DNA of 61,899 bases, filler included. It is 5 parts of 5 records of this genome, joined end to end, with 100 filler letters (N's around TTAATTAATTAA, not from the genome) between each part and the next. Parts side by side here need not be neighbours in the genome. Positions count along the whole stretch, not along the records: positions 56,212 to 61,899 come from SRR31156797_28903; 4 more parts are not named here. One strand, given 5' to 3'. The position numbers and the translations under genes are program-made. Position 1 is the stretch's first letter, and every line of letters begins with the position of its first letter. Shown here piece after piece: positions 61,189 through 61,899 of the stretch. Under the pieces are notes generated by a model. It searched no databases. It was given only the letters and a program-made list of their open reading frames with translations, and was not told the origin of the DNA.

Positions 61189-61545
61189 CTAATCTGCAAC
61201 CAGCGTTTTGTCGCCCTTGCTGTCGTCAATGATAATAATATCACCTTTAACTGTGGATCCGGCACCCATGACTACACTGTTCATGTTGGCCGATCCAGAC
61301 CCGGACCCGGAAGCGTTTGAATCCCCAAGGCCTTCGCCGCTTTTTTTCATAACCATGGCTTTGCTTTTTGCATTCATTTTAATGAATGTAACATTCCGGT
61401 CTTTTTTCCCCAGTTGATCCCAATTTTTGATGCCGTCGTCAGTGTAATTTGATATTCCGTCGTCAAGGTCATCACTGAAACCAGTACACGGTACGGCTGC
61501 CGAAACCAGAAAAAACATAGCGATAATACTTAGTATGAATTTCAT
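61189..61545 (-). CDS. Small secreted protein with one degenerate copy of the upstream repeat
   Basis: RBS AAGGAGG before ATG 61545; signal peptide; acidic N-terminus, Gly/Ser linker, SANMNSVVMGAGSTVKGDIIII. Confidence 0.8.
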   Translation of the reverse strand: MKFILSIIAMFFLVSAAVPCTGFSDDLDDGISNYTDDGIKNWDQLGKKDRNVTFIKMNAKSKAMVMKKSGEGLGDSNASGSGSGSANMNSVVMGAGSTVKGDIIIIDDSKGDKTLVAD

Positions 61546-61647
61546 TTTAAATACCTCCTTATAATCCAAGGCTATCAGTTTTAGGTTATAAAGGGAATTT
61601 TTTTTTGTTGCAGCATCAGTCTTTGATCTGCCCGACTGATATCGATC

Positions 61648-61697
61648 AGGGTTCAGCAGTCCGTTATCAATAACTTTGCTGCTGAACCCTTTTTTTT
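61648..61697. terminator. 12-bp stem-loop between the repeat-protein gene and the accessory genes
   Basis: AGGGTTCAGCAG ... CTGCTGAACCCT; the T tract is on the plus strand only. Confidence 0.7.
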
Positions 61698-61727
61698 CAA
61701 TTAAAAACCTGTCTGATGCCTGTGAAA

Positions 61728-61899
61728 CTATTCAATATCCACAGATCCCATGTTTGCCGTATTGTCTTTGCCGATGGCGATATTTGCTGCATTTTTTACA
61801 TTGGATTTATTGATGACAGCGCCCTTGACTTTTGAATCCTGTATATTCACAGACCCCATGTTTGCCGTATTGTCCTTGCCAATGGCAATGTTAGCGGCA
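61728..61899 (-). CDS. C-terminal fragment of a 36-aa tandem-repeat protein (amyloid or beta-solenoid like); missing from the ORF track
   Basis: Own translation AANIAIGKDNTANMGSVNIQDSKVKGAVINKSNVKNAANIAIGKDNTANMGSVDIE*; 108-nt period; 17 identical aa with 7 synonymous differences. Confidence 0.85.
   Translation of the reverse strand, partial: AANIAIGKDNTANMGSVNIQDSKVKGAVINKSNVKNAANIAIGKDNTANMGSVDIE

Noticed and set aside
60975-61265. 96-aa ORF between the single-repeat gene and the CsgG-like gene
   Set aside because: Overlaps the upstream gene out of frame, with no clear RBS or motif; more likely intergenic.
1-61899. CRISPR array, cas genes, integrase, transposase or phage genes
   Set aside because: No repeat-spacer array and no recognisable Cas, recombinase, transposase or phage motifs seen.
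59532-61899. Canonical curli (csgBAC/DEFG) or Fap operon
   Set aside because: The repeat is 36 aa without the curli Q-x-G-x-x-N-x-A-x-x-x-Q unit or the Fap NQQ, and no CsgE, CsgF, FapF or C39 peptidase is recognised, so no csg or fap symbols were assigned.

Overview
The window is not one genome locus. It is five fragments joined by 100-nt N spacers carrying an all-frame stop linker (gaps 18148-18247, 33192-33291, 42274-42373, 56112-56211). Taxonomic calls below are inferred from gene content and style only. (1) 1-18147, Desulfobulbaceae-like: partial tRNA-Gln, MEMO1-family gene, cysS, ampG flanked by two copies of a small inverted-repeat element, a TRAP transporter plus lutABC lactate operon, a group 1c hybOABCD hydrogenase operon led by a small c-type cytochrome lipoprotein, and the 3' end of tRNA-Asp. 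(2) 18248-33191, Bacteroidota-like: icd, pentapeptide-repeat membrane protein, ZIP, CNT, bifunctional nuclease, membrane pyrophosphatase, O-antigen-ligase/TPR protein, RidA, SSS symporter, partial SRP RNA. (3) 33292-42273, Desulfovibrionaceae-like: an autotransporter islet bounded by a duplicated tRNA 3' end plus terminator, a heme-c MCP, a degenerate sigma54-type activator with NifB/X-like partner, a CBS protein and a partial SLC13 transporter. (4) 42374-56111, Desulfobacterales-like: Mop aldehyde oxidoreductase, MoeA-like protein, a non-acylating ALDH/Fe-ADH fusion sharing an operator with mop, and an acyl-CoA catabolic cluster. (5) 56212-61899, Desulfobacteraceae-like: the top candidate for a new system. 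A truncated gene missed by the ORF track encodes 36-aa Asn/Gly/Ala/Ser/Ile/Val-rich repeats. It is followed by a small secreted protein with one degenerate repeat, a CsgG-like lipoprotein, a tandem LPP20-like protein, two small proteins and a Deg/HtrA protease. This looks like a functional-amyloid or fibre secretion system distinct from canonical curli and Fap.
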